In this document: positions 41,619 to 51,825 of the stretch, piece after piece
Layout: each line of letters begins with the position of its first letter
How positions within the stretch are numbered: position 1 is the first letter of the stretch
Translations under genes and position numbers: made by a program
Notes under the pieces: generated by a model
Databases searched by the model: none
What the model was told of the DNA's origin: nothing
The model's input: the letters and a program-made list of their open reading frames with translations, nothing else
NCBI GenBank assembly: GCA_963797485.1
Contig: CAWCPF010000003.1
Location: forward strand, 934,552-998,551
Length of the DNA: 64,000 nt
From: an uncultured Chloroflexia bacterium
GTDB lineage: Bacteria > Chloroflexota > Anaerolineae > Anaerolineales > E44-bin32
Direction: 5' to 3'

Positions 41619-42629
41619 AGACACCGTCCATGATGGTGGCCACGTCCGGGTCCGGGCTGGCTTCGGCGAATTCGACCGCGGCGGCGATAGCGGCCTCGGC
41701 GGCGAGTTTGTCATGTTCATTGTCGTCTGGGCCGATCAGTCCCTGTTTTTCCAGCAGGGCGGCAAAGCGCGGGATGGGATCCTTGGCCTGCCAGGCTTTG
41801 ACCTCATCGCGGGTCCGGTAGAGCTGGCGATCGCTCTTGGAGTGGCCTTTCCACCGGTAGGTGAGGCCTTCGATCAGGGTCGGCCCCTCGCCTTGGCGCG
41901 CCCGCTCGGCTGCAGTTCCGACCGCATCGAGAACCGCCAGCGGATCGTTGCCATCCACGGTTACGCCGGGGATGCCATAGGCGTCTGCGCGCCGGCTGAT
42001 GCGGTCGATGTTAAGGCTCGGCCGACGGGCATGGACATGGCGTACTGGTTGTTTTCGCAGTAGTAGACAATCGGCAGCTTCCAGATCGATGCCATGTTCA
42101 AGGCTTCATGGAAGGCGCCTTCGTTGGAGGCCCCATCGCCGAAGACGATCAGGCACACTTGGTCGGTTTCTCGGAGCTGGATGCTCAGACCGACCCCGAC
42201 CGAAATCGGCAGGCCGCCGGCCACAATGCCATTGGCGCCGAGGTTGTTGCTGGCCACATCGGCGATATGCATTGAACCGCCACGGCCGCGGCAGTAGCCG
42301 GTCTCTTTTCCCATGAACTCGGCCATCACGCGGTTGACGTCGGCGCCCCAGGCGAGCAGATGGCCGTGGCCGCGGTGGTGGTTGAGCAGATAGTCGTGCC
42401 CTCGACGCATGGCCCAGCAGGCGCCCACAGCGCTGCCCTCTTGGCCCACAGACAAGTGCATCGTTCCGTGGACCTTCCCTAAGCCGTACAGGGCCTCGGC
42501 CTTCTCTTCGAAGGTTCGAATCAGCCACATGGTCTCCAACATCTTGCGGGCATCGTCTGCCCCGAGATCTTCCAAAACCCTCAGGTCATTCGGGACCTGT
42601 TTAACCCTTTCGCCATTTTTGCTTGCCAT
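41611..42629 (-). CDS. TPP-dependent dehydrogenase E1 alpha (AcoA-like); apparent frameshift near 42000
   Basis: [41 protein letters not shown], then DGNDPLAV...TYRWKGHS. Confidence 0.88.
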
Positions 42630-42694
42630 CTCAAACTCCACACTCTTGGAAACGAACCATCCAAATCAAAATAGTCGGGTTGCCAAAGCGGGAA

Positions 42695-42982
42695 TCACTT
42701 CAACCCGGCATCTTGGCTAAAATTGCCTTCGACAAGATCTCTGAGAGCGTTCAAAGCCTGCTCGGCCTGTTCCCCCTCCGCCTGGACTGAGATGTCGTTG
42801 TCCTTCTGGACTCCGAGCAATAGCAGTTCGAGCGGGCTCTTCCCGTTAGAAGGCCCCTTGCCTGAGGTGAGATTTGTCACCCGGACATCGCACGGAAACT
42901 GTTTTGCAAGTTTGACAAACTGGGCCAAGGGTCGTGCATGAAGGCCAGCCTCGTGATGGATGGTGAGCTTGATTTCTGCCAT
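42695..42982 (-). CDS. ptsH: HPr family phosphocarrier protein (second copy)
   Basis: AGLHARP, NGKSPLELLLLG. Confidence 0.9.
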   Translation of the reverse strand: MAEIKLTIHHEAGLHARPLAQFVKLAKQFPCDVRVTNLTSGKGPSNGKSPLELLLLGVQKDNDISVQAEGEQAEQALNALRDLVEGNFSQDAGLK

Positions 42983-43108
42983 CGGCATCCCATTCACCTC
43001 TCCGGAAAATTCTCCCTGCGGCGATGGCCGCACGCTTCAAGGCTTATCAAGGAGGGCAGACCATGCCCGATCTTGAAGGTGCGCGCCCAACTCACGGCCA
43101 AGACCTCC

Positions 43109-44126
43109 TCAGTCCGCAGGCGCCGAAGCCAACCGGGCTTGGTTTGGATGGCTGAATTTGTCCGCTTCGGCACCATCCAAGTCCAAAATACGTTCGACGG
43201 CCAGACTATCGGTCACCAAGATGTCGATGTAGTGACCGCGGAGTGCGCCCAAAATGGCAGGTGCCTTTCCCGCGCCGCCTGCCACGCCGATCACAACGCA
43301 GTTCGGGCGGCTTATGGTCTCCAGGGATACACCGATGGCGCGCTGATTGATATCGATGTCGAGAATGCGACCGTCTTTGTCGTAATGGCAGGCGCAGATA
43401 TCCCCAATCGCGCCGGTCGCCTTGATGGCCATCATTTCTTTGGGCTGGGTATATCCAGCCCGAACCAGGCTTGAAATGTCGGGCTCGACGCTACCGATCC
43501 CCACCAGCGCCACGTCGGCCTGGCTGGCCAGCGCCAACGTCTCGCGAATGTTGCTTTCCTGCAGCAGAGCATGGCGGATGGAGGGGTCGTCAACGATCAG
43601 GGGGGCGTTGAGTGTGTAGTAGTCGGCGCCAAGGGTCTGGGCGAGACTGCGGGCGAGCTCCGGGCCATCAATGAGTGGGTCACCCCGCCCGGCCGCCCCG
43701 ATCATTTGAACGACGCGGACCTTGCTCCACTCACGTGCGCGCAAGGCGTTGGCTACCTCATAGATCGCCGTTCCCCATGAAATGCCGAGGATACTCTCTT
43801 CGGTCAGCACCTTGTCCAAACAGGCTGCACCTAAACGGCCCAACTGTCGCAGCGCGCGTTGATCGCTGGCCGTGCCCCTGGCGACCACATACGCCTCCCG
43901 AAGCCCGTAGCGGTCGCGGAACTTGCGTTCCAACTCGACGGCTCGGTTCAAAGGGAAGTGGATACGAATTTCAACGAATTCCTCGCTGGTGGGCTTCGAG
44001 GAGCAGCCGGGAAACCGCCGAACGCGAATAGCCAATCTCGCGTGCAATCTCAGCCTGGGTCATGTGCTGCTCGTAGTACATGTTCGCGATGTTGGCCAGG
44101 AGCTGCGCCCGCTCTTCGATTGCCAT
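43109..44126 (-). CDS. SorC/DeoR-family sugar-binding transcriptional regulator; apparent frameshift near 43975
   Basis: N-terminus ANMYYEQHMTQAEIAREIGYSRSAVSRLL read at 44126; GISWGT, ALVGIG, GAIGDIC, LVTD. Confidence 0.88.
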
Positions 44127-44220
44127 CGAGCCTCCTGCCGCCGGCGGCATGCAGAGGGGAGTTTCCCTTTAGATTTGTTATACACCCGCCTCCGCTCTTT
44201 GTGAACATTATTCCACCGAA

Positions 44221-44323
44221 GTCACAAATGTGCAATGACGACCTACTGCTCGTTCCTCCTATCCTTGCGCCAGGATGCCCCACAAAGGGTTGGTGGATAG
44301 ATGTCTGCCTTCACATATGTGAA
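44221..44323. promoter_or_regulatory. Two palindromic operators in the divergent SorC/PTS promoter region
   Basis: TTCACATATGTGAA (44310-44323, perfect) and GTCACAAATGTGCA (44221-44234). Confidence 0.55.
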
Positions 44324-44814
44324 ACTCTATTGCAAATGATACCTTTTGAGAAAATCGGGGTTATATATAGTGTAAGTGTTTCCGGTCGAGAAACTGGAAG
44401 GCGAAAAGGGCTCAGAGTGGAGCACTTGTCGCCCAAGGTGCAGATCCATCCGTGGCGCATTCCAAGTCTGAATCGGAGGCGGGCTAATGTGTATAGCCGC
44501 GCAGCCAAAACCAAGGCCATGAAACGGCCGGTGCCGCGTTTGTTATCGGCTCCTTCGCTCCCCTGTATTCGATTTTGGATTTGGGATATCAGAAGCATGC
44601 GTCGCGCCTCACTCGAATATGAACCGCCGTCCAGGAAGTTCTGGATGGAATGTATTCGAACCACGGGCTCATCGAAGGGAAGTCGGGACAGGTCGGGCCG
44701 AAAGACGGCCGACCTGTTTTGTTTTTTCCAACTCGGGCAAAGGGCTGCCGCGCTCCTAACCCGGGGACTCCACCCGAGCCGTGTTACCCATGTTCACGGG
44801 ATAGGTAGAACGCG

Positions 44815-45267
44815 ATGCAGTCTACGGCTACCGCCATCATATTTTGCTCGCGGGGGCATGGTTCCTTCAGTACTTCATGGCCTTCCTTCAGCTGCGGCGC
44901 TTCTACAAGCGGGTGGCTCAGCTCCATCGTCTGGGCAGTGTGTGGATCGGTGTGGAGGGATCCGCATGGAGGCGGCGGACGTATGCCATCCTGGTGGTGG
45001 ACAAGAAGGGGCGAGTGGCCAAAGTCGAACAGCTCTCCGGCTGGACGGTGTGGGCGAGCCCTAAACCCGTTCCCGGCCTGGAAGCCATTACGCTCGATAC
45101 GTTGATGAATGATTTCCATCGATTTGCCGGTCAATAAGAAGCTTCGCCTGGCGCTGCAGAATGCTGTGGGGCACATACGTGCCGCGGAACAGAGAAAGAA
45201 ATCGGAGTCCGTCCCCACAGATGAGACGACCTCAAACGAGGAGGTTCTGGGGGAGTCCGCCGGTTGA
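44815..45267 (+). CDS. gutM: GutM-like glucitol operon protein (apparent frameshifts)
   Basis: AWFLQYFMAFLQLRRFY..., LSGWTVWA; first gene of the srl-like operon. Confidence 0.7.
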
Positions 45268-45383
45268 GGTCATCGCCGCGGCCAAACAGCTGCCTTGGGA
45301 AGGAGGCGATATTCGAGAGAAATCCTATCTAAAGACAGGACTCGTAGTCGGAGCTTTTCTCATCTGTTAGGGAGGAACTACCT

Positions 45384-45944
45384 ATGGTCCAAGCAGCACT
45401 GTGGTTCATTGGCCTGTTCCAGGCTGGGGCCACCGTCTTCGTCGGCCTCGTCACGGGCATTATTCCGCTCGTGATCGTGCTGATGACGGCAGTCAACGCG
45501 CTGATCGCCCTCATTGGGCAGGAGCGCATTGAGGGCTTCGGCAAGTTCGCCGCCCGCCCGGGTTGGCTTTTCCTGCCCCTTCGATATCTGGCTCTGCCCG
45601 TTGTATCGGTGTTCTTCTTGCTGAACCCGATGGCCTACACGATGGGGCGGTTCTTGCCGGAGAAGTACAAGCCGGCGTTCTATGACGCGGCTGTCTCCTA
45701 TGTTCACCCTCCACTGGGGATCTTCCCGCATATCAACCCGGGCGAGCTCTTCGTCTGGTTGGGGATTGCCCAGGGCGTTCAGACCGGCTACGGCACCGAG
45801 GCGATGACGGCGCTGGCCGTGCGCTATCTGCTGGTCGGCCTGATCGTTATCCTCATCCGCGGCATCTTGACTGAGCGAATCACGGCCTTCATGTGGAACC
45901 CTGTGGACGCCGGCGAAGTCGAGCCCGCGGTTGAAATGGCCTAG
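45384..45944 (+). CDS. srlA: PTS glucitol/sorbitol-family EIIC
   Basis: WFIGLFQAG, TGIIP, NPMAYTMGRFLPEKYKP, FPHINPGELFVWLGIA. Confidence 0.93.
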   Translation: MVQAALWFIGLFQAGATVFVGLVTGIIPLVIVLMTAVNALIALIGQERIEGFGKFAARPGWLFLPLRYLALPVVSVFFLLNPMAYTMGRFLPEKYKPAFYDAAVSYVHPPLGIFPHINPGELFVWLGIAQGVQTGYGTEAMTALAVRYLLVGLIVILIRGILTERITAFMWNPVDAGEVEPAVEMA

Positions 45945-45954
45945 GAGGGATGAA

Positions 45955-46492
45955 ATGAATGCAATTGCTAAGCCCCTTGAAAGAATTGGCCGAGGCGTCG
46001 GGCAAGTCGTAGGCATCCTGTATCAGGCCGGCCGCGATTGGATCGACCAGGTCGTCGTCAACATCCTGCCCTTCATGGCCTTCATCGCCTTCGTCATCGG
46101 CATTATCAATGCCACTGGCGTCGGCAGCGCCCTTGCCAATTTGTTGAAGCCACTGGCGGGCAACGTAATCGGCATGGTTATCATGTCGCTGATTGTGGGC
46201 TTGCCCGTGCTGTCGCCCCTACTGGGCCCCGGCGCGGTCGTTGCCCAAATCATCGGAACCCTACTCGGTTCAACCTTTTTCGCCAACAAGATCCTGCCCC
46301 TGTCGATGGCCCTGCCGGCGCTCTTTGCCATCAACCCGCAGGTAGGGTGTGACTTCATCCCCGTCGGGTTGGCACTCGGCGAGGCGGAACCGTATACCGT
46401 CGAAATTGGTGTGCCGGCTGTGTTGTTCTTCGCAATTCGTCACCGGTCCGGTGGCGGTTGTCATCGCCTGGGCCTTGAGCTTCGGTCTGTAG
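45955..46492 (+). CDS. srlE: PTS glucitol-family EIIBC, C-terminal membrane domain as a stand-alone gene (frameshift near 46430)
   Basis: YQAGRD, NILPFMAF, LSPLLGPGAVVAQIIG, PALFAIN, CDFIPVGL; own AGGAGG RBS. Confidence 0.85.
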
Positions 46493-46537
46493 TCGTCTGA
46501 CGGCCCAGCAGGGTAGTCATGTGTGGGTTGAATTGAT

Positions 46538-46568
46538 CCTTGAGGGAGGGGCTGCCCCTCCCTCAAGG
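46538..46568. other. Intercistronic 14-bp stem-loop
   Basis: CCTTGAGGGAGGGG-CTG-CCCCTCCCTCAAGG. Confidence 0.6.
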
Positions 46569-46668
46569 TGGCATAATTGGGGAGATGCATCTTTTTTTCC
46601 CGACAGGTGCGGGGGCAAACGACCCGGTTCGTCCTTATCAGAACAAATTGAAAGGAGGTCAATTCCAG

Positions 46669-47049
46669 ATGGCAGAGAAGCAGTATCGCAAGGTCAAGGT
46701 TACTAAGGGACCCAAGGGGTGGGGTGGCCCGCTGGTGATCGAACCGAAACCCGGCAAGGACTTGATCTATTCGGTCACGGGAGGTGGAATTCACCCTTTG
46801 GCCCAGCACATCGCCGACCTGACCGGGGGAACCCCGTTCGATGGTTTCAAGTCGAAGGCGGCCTTCGAGGCCATCGCCTGCGCCGTGATTGACTGCGGCG
46901 GGACCGCCCGGGTGGGCGTGTACCCGATGAAGAAGGTGCCGACCATCGACATTTACCCAACCTCACCTTCGGGGCCGCTGTTCCGGTTCATCAAGGCCGA
47001 CATTTTTGTCTCGGGTGTCCGTCCGGAGGACGTCGAACTCATCGACTAG
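46669..47049 (+). CDS. srlE: PTS glucitol-family EIIB domain as a stand-alone gene
   Basis: KGPKGWGGPL, DGFK, VIDCGGTARVGVYP (phospho-Cys), SGPL, VSGV; AAAGGAGG RBS. Confidence 0.88.
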   Translation: MAEKQYRKVKVTKGPKGWGGPLVIEPKPGKDLIYSVTGGGIHPLAQHIADLTGGTPFDGFKSKAAFEAIACAVIDCGGTARVGVYPMKKVPTIDIYPTSPSGPLFRFIKADIFVSGVRPEDVELID

Positions 47050-47146
47050 CCGGGTGAACGGCGGCAAGCGCCGGTCCTGGCAAAGTTGGGGCGGTGCCTC
47101 CCCTTGAAGAGGGTGGATTTCGTGCCGCTCCTTGGAGCGAACTGCG

Positions 47147-47514
47147 GTGGTCAAATATTCAGCCCAAGTCACCCAGATTGGCCCGCTGGTGTCCGAGTTC
47201 ATCGAGCATGGGATTTCTGGTTCTCTTTGGCGCCGACGCGCCTGAGGAATTGGCGGAGTTCTCCGTGCTCCACGACGGCGAAACCCTGGTTGCACCGGTC
47301 GAGCCTGGGGATGAAGTCTCGTTAGGCAGTCACACTTTCGATGTTTTGGCGGTCGGCGATGTGGCCAACAGCAATTTGGGCAGCGCTAGGCCATCTCATT
47401 CTCAAATTCAATGGACAATCTACAGTCGAGATGCCGGGCGACGTATGCCTGGAGGCGAAGCCGCTGCCGCCGGTAGAGATCGGCATGCATCTAACCATCC
47501 AGAACGGCGCTTAG
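47147..47514 (+). CDS. srlB: PTS glucitol-family EIIA (two apparent frameshifts)
   Basis: Reconstructed VKYSAQVTQIG...LVLFGADAPEELAEFSVLH...AVGDVANSNL.SLGHLILKFNG...MPG. Confidence 0.8.
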
Positions 47515-47537
47515 AGACGCCAGGAGTCCAAACCAAC

Positions 47538-48852
47538 ATGTCGTTGAAAGAGCTTTTGTCTGAACATGAAAAGAAGACAGGATCACCGATCCGGGTCGGC
47601 CTGGTGGGGGCGGGGCAGATGGGGACGGGGCTCATCAGCCAGATCGAGAAAATGGTGGGCATGCGAGTGGTCGCCGTGGCGGACGTTTTGCCCGACCGTG
47701 CCAGGGCCGCCTACGTCGAGTCCGATGTGGATCCAATCCTCGTCGTACAAGAGGAGAGCGATCCGCAAGCTGCCGGGCGGCAGGTTCGGGACGGAAAGCG
47801 GGTCGCCAGTCATTCTTCCGAGCTGATCGCGCACATCCCCGACCTGGATGTGATCGTTGAATGTACCGGTATTCCCGAGGTCGGGGCGGTCGTGTGCAAG
47901 CATGCTATCTTGGCCCACAAGCACGTGGTCAACATGAACGTTGAAACGGACTGCACGGTCGGCTTTCGCCTGGCTGAGATGGCGCGTCAGGCTGGCGTCG
48001 TTTACACGCTGACTGCCGGCGATGAGCCCGGCACGATCAAAGAGATTTACGATTTCGCCGACGCGCTCGGCTTTGAGATCGTCACAATCGGCAAGGGGAA
48101 GAACAATCCGCTGGATCCCACCGCTACGCCGGAAACGGTTGCCGAAAAAGCCAAAGCTCAAAACATGAGCGCCAAGATGCTGGCCTCGTTCGTGGACGGC
48201 ACCAAGACCATGGTGGAGATGACGGCCGTCGGCAACGCCACAGGATTCCCCCCTGAAGTTAGGGGAGCCCACGGACCCACGGTCAAAGTCGACGAGCTGG
48301 CGAAAGTCTTCGTTCCGAAGGAAGATGGCGGCATCATGGAGGGGAAGGGCGCCGTGGATTACGCCCTAGGCTCGATCGCGCCAGGGGTGTTTGTGATCAT
48401 CACCACCGACCAGCCAAAGATCATCGCGGACCTCAAGTACCTGCACCTGAACGGTCACGGCCAGTATTGGGCCCTGTACCGTCCTTACCACCTGGCCAAT
48501 CTGGAAACGCCGATTGCCATTGCCAGGACGTGCCTTTACGAGGAAGCGACGATCAACACCCAGCGTCCACCGGTGGCTGAAACCCTGGCCATGGCCAAGC
48601 GGGATTTGAAAGCTGGAGAGAAGGTCGATGCCCTCGGCGGCTTCACCGTTTACGGTTGCATCGATCGGGCGGATGTGGCGAAGTCTGAAGGGATCGTGCC
48701 GCTGGGTATCTCGGTCGGGGCGACCCTCACCCGAGATGTAACGAAGGGTGAGCCGCTGCATTTCTCGGAGGTAGAACTGGACGAGAGTCTAAACCATCTT
48801 CAAACTGCGAATGGAGCAGGACGAGATGGTTGCCCCCGCGCAGCCGGCCTGA
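47538..48852 (+). CDS. NAD(P)-dependent oxidoreductase with SAF domain (COG4091 type), paralog of 31838-33123
   Basis: GLVGAGQMG, NVETDCTVG, GDEPG, GKGKNNP, FVDGTKTMVEM, YRPYHL, AKRDL; C-terminal frameshift near 48790. Confidence 0.88.
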
Positions 48853-48957
48853 CAAGTTGCAGGGGAAGCAGCCTGGCGGGGGAGCATGTTGGAGCCTGCC
48901 AGGCGATGATGGCGCAGAGCCGACCCACAAGGATCACAGTCCGTTCCGAGAGATCCG

Positions 48958-49602
48958 ATGAACGCCCTGAAAAGACTGGCGCGTCTTTCGACCGATATTG
49001 TCACGCTGGTCAATGGCCAACGGCACGTCGACGACAAGACCCGCCACACGCTCGTCCCCCCAGGAATTCGAAAGCCGCTGTTAGACGCCGCCCGTAAAGC
49101 ATCCGACCGCGGCCTTGTCGTCGCCCAGCTGTCGGAGATCAGCGCACGACTTCCCGGTGGAAGAATGGTCATCAATGGCGAAGGGACTTGGCTGGCTGAT
49201 CTTTCCGACAAGGATTTGGCCGTCGTGACCGGCGAGGGGAGCCGAAGCATGCTAGACCTGGGTCCCAGCCGGCACACGGCATGGCACCGGTGGATTTATG
49301 AGGGCACACAGGCCGTCGCCACGTTGCTATGCCAGCCTGCGGCCGCGATCCGCCTGGCTCAGGCCGGCGCCTCTCCCCGAGCCACGGCCTTGCCCGACGC
49401 TGCCAGCCTTATGGGCAAGATCGCGGTCATAGAAGCGGATGCGGTTCAAATCAAGGGCGCCCTGGCCGGCCGCCATGCCTTGCTCATCCGCGAGCATGGG
49501 CTGCTGGTGTGGGGTAAGTCACCGATGTCCGTGGTCAAAATGGCCGAGACCGCCACGGCTTGGTGTGTGGCCTCGCTCAGGGACGAGGACCCAAGGGAAT
49601 GA
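48958..49602 (+). CDS. Class II aldolase/adducin-like protein (degenerate metal site)
   Basis: EISARLPGGRMVI, PSRHTAWHRWIY, ALLIREHGLLVWG. Confidence 0.7.
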   Translation: MNALKRLARLSTDIVTLVNGQRHVDDKTRHTLVPPGIRKPLLDAARKASDRGLVVAQLSEISARLPGGRMVINGEGTWLADLSDKDLAVVTGEGSRSMLDLGPSRHTAWHRWIYEGTQAVATLLCQPAAAIRLAQAGASPRATALPDAASLMGKIAVIEADAVQIKGALAGRHALLIREHGLLVWGKSPMSVVKMAETATAWCVASLRDEDPRE

Positions 49603-49716
49603 AGGGGAACTCCTAACGGATAAGTAGGCGGTCGTGCCGGCCCGCGGCCGCCATCGGATGGGCGCAGGAGAGGCCGGCAGGGCACTCGACCGAACCATCG
49701 AGAACAGGAGGTCGCT

Positions 49717-51436
49717 ACGCGTCGCTTCAAAGGACTGCCCGTTTTCTCCGGGCCTGGCCATCGGGCCCGCCTGGATATACCATGCGGTCAAGGTCTCCGT
49801 GGTTGCGCATAAAATCACCGACCCCGAAAGCGAATGGATGCGGCTTCAATCGGCCGTCAATCTAGCCCGTGACCAACTTCAGGGGATCGAGGCCAAAGCC
49901 CGCAAGACGATTGGCGCCGACGAAGCTGATATCTTTGCTGCCCACCAGGCATTCTTGGATGACATTGAACTCATGGCCAAGGTCCGGACATCGATCCTCG
50001 ACGAACATACCAATGCCGAGGCTGCGATCAAGGCCGCTTATGACGAGTACTCGGACACGTTGGCCAACATGGACGACCCGTACTTCAAGGCGCGGGCACA
50101 GGACCTGACGGATGTGTCCGAACGTGTATTGCGGTGTCTGAAGGGGGAAGCCGACGAAAACTCGGTCTTCTTGACTCAACCGTCGGTCATCTGTGGCCAT
50201 GGACCTGACGCCGTCCGATACGGTGGGCTTCGATCGCGACAAGATCTTGGGGATCTGCATCGCCAAAGGAGGTCCTACCTCGCACACGGCGATCCTGGCC
50301 CGCAGCATTGGGGTCCCGGCCGTGGTGGGGGCTTCGTTCGAAATCGACGAACTTGAGAACGAAGTACTCACAGTCTTGGACGGGGGAGAGGGCTCGATCA
50401 TTTTTGGGCCGACCTCAACGAATTGGAACTGGCCAAGGAAAAGAAAGCGGCATGGGAGTCCGCCCGGGCTGGGCAGCTCGCCGAAGCCGACAAGCCGGCC
50501 ACGACGGTGGATGGCCGCAAGGTTGAGGTTGCCGCGAACATCGGCGGGGTCAGTGATGCGATCAAGGCCCTGGAGATGGGGGCTGAAGAAGTCGGTCTGT
50601 TCCGCACCGAGTTCCTCTACTTGGATCGAACTGAACTCCTCAACATCGAAGATCAAGTTTCGATTTACCACAATGTTTTCGATCTCATGGCGGGAAAACC
50701 TGTGGTGGTTCGAACCCTGGACATCGGGGGCGACAAAAACGTTCTTACTTGGGCCTTCGCCGAGGAGCAAATCCGTCTTGGGTTGGCGGGGGATGCTGGC
50801 ATGGTCCGGGAGCGGGCCGATATGATTCGAGAACCAGTTTCGGGCCCTTCTGTTGGCCGGAACCCAATGCGACCTGAGGATCATGCTTCCGATGGTCTCC
50901 GGTGTCGGGGAAGTCGCTCGGTCCCGTGAGATCTTTGATCAGGTGCGCCAGGAGCTTGAGTCGGAGGGCCGTCTCGGCGGTTCCAAGGTCGAATTTGGCA
51001 TCATGATCGAGGTCCCTTCCGCCGCTCTCTTGGCCGAGCATCTGGCCGAGCTTGTGGATTTCTTCAGCATCGGGACCAACAATTTAACTCAATACACGCT
51101 CGCGAGTGGACCGTACCAACGAACGCGTCGCCGTGCTCGCCAGCCCTTTCAACCCCGCGGTTTTGCGGCTAATCTCCATCACGATCGAGGCCGGCCACCG
51201 CCACGGGAAATGGGTTGGCATGTGTGGGGAGCTAGCTGGAGACCCAAAGGCGGTCCCGCTCCTGCTAGGGTTAGGGCTGGACGAATTCAGCATGGCGCCA
51301 AGCAGCATTCCAGAGGTCAAGCAGGCCATTCGAAGCTGGTCAATGGACGCGGTGCGAGAAGTGGCGCAGCGAGCCTTGGGCATGAGCGGATCGTCGGAAG
51401 TGATCCAGTATCTCGAAGAAAATTACGCCCGGCTAA
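49717..51436 (+). CDS. ptsI: PEP-protein phosphotransferase, PTS Enzyme I (multiple apparent frameshifts)
   Basis: [24 protein letters not shown] (phospho-His), [38 protein letters not shown] across five ORF pieces; AGGAGG RBS before an ACG codon. Confidence 0.85.
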
Positions 51437-51674
51437 GTCATCCGGCTCGTTCGTCCGAGGCCGACAACCTGCCTTGGGTCGTCCACCCCACCGCCGGGGA
51501 TGGGGTCTATTGGACGCGTCTTCTGACCCTTGATGGTGGCGGGATCGTCGCCCTTCCATTTGTGAAGAATGGCATAAGACTGAAGACGTGGCCTCACCGG
51601 TGGAATTTGCCCGACCTCGGCGGGGAGGCGGTCGCATCGGCTCGTCACGTCCGGGGAATCGCCCTCAAGTGGGC

Positions 51675-51709
51675 AGAAAAGAAAAGACCGCCTGGCATGC
51701 CAGGCGGTC
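51675..51709 (-). terminator. Intrinsic terminator of tRNA-Pro
   Basis: GACCGCCTGGC-AT-GCCAGGCGGTC followed by TTTTCTTTTCT on the minus strand. Confidence 0.8.
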
Positions 51710-51714
51710 GAAGG

Positions 51715-51789
51715 TCGGGGCGGGCGGATTTGAACCTCCGACCCCCTGCACCCCATGCAGGTGCGCTAGCCGGGCTGCGCCACGCCCCG
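51715..51789 (-). tRNA. tRNA-Pro(GGG)
   Basis: CGGGGCG acceptor stem, CCTGC-ATGGGGT-GCAGG anticodon arm, GGTTCAAATCC; TTGAGG-17-TATAAT promoter at 51829-51801. Confidence 0.93.
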
Positions 51790-51825
51790 ACGGTGGACGG
51801 ATTATAGCCGACGGAACGCCGGGCC

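Noticed and set aside
43859-45064. 401-aa plus-strand ORF
   Set aside because: Runs antisense to sorC and through the operator region and gutM out of frame; no motifs
47094-49097. 667-aa apparent fusion of EIIA(Gut) with the SAF oxidoreductase
   Set aside because: Frameshift artefact: srlB ends at TAG 47514 and the oxidoreductase has its own AGGAG RBS and ATG at 47538
51437-51674. Possible integrase or att remnant beside tRNA-Pro
   Set aside because: No recombinase motifs and no second copy of the tRNA 3' end found by eye
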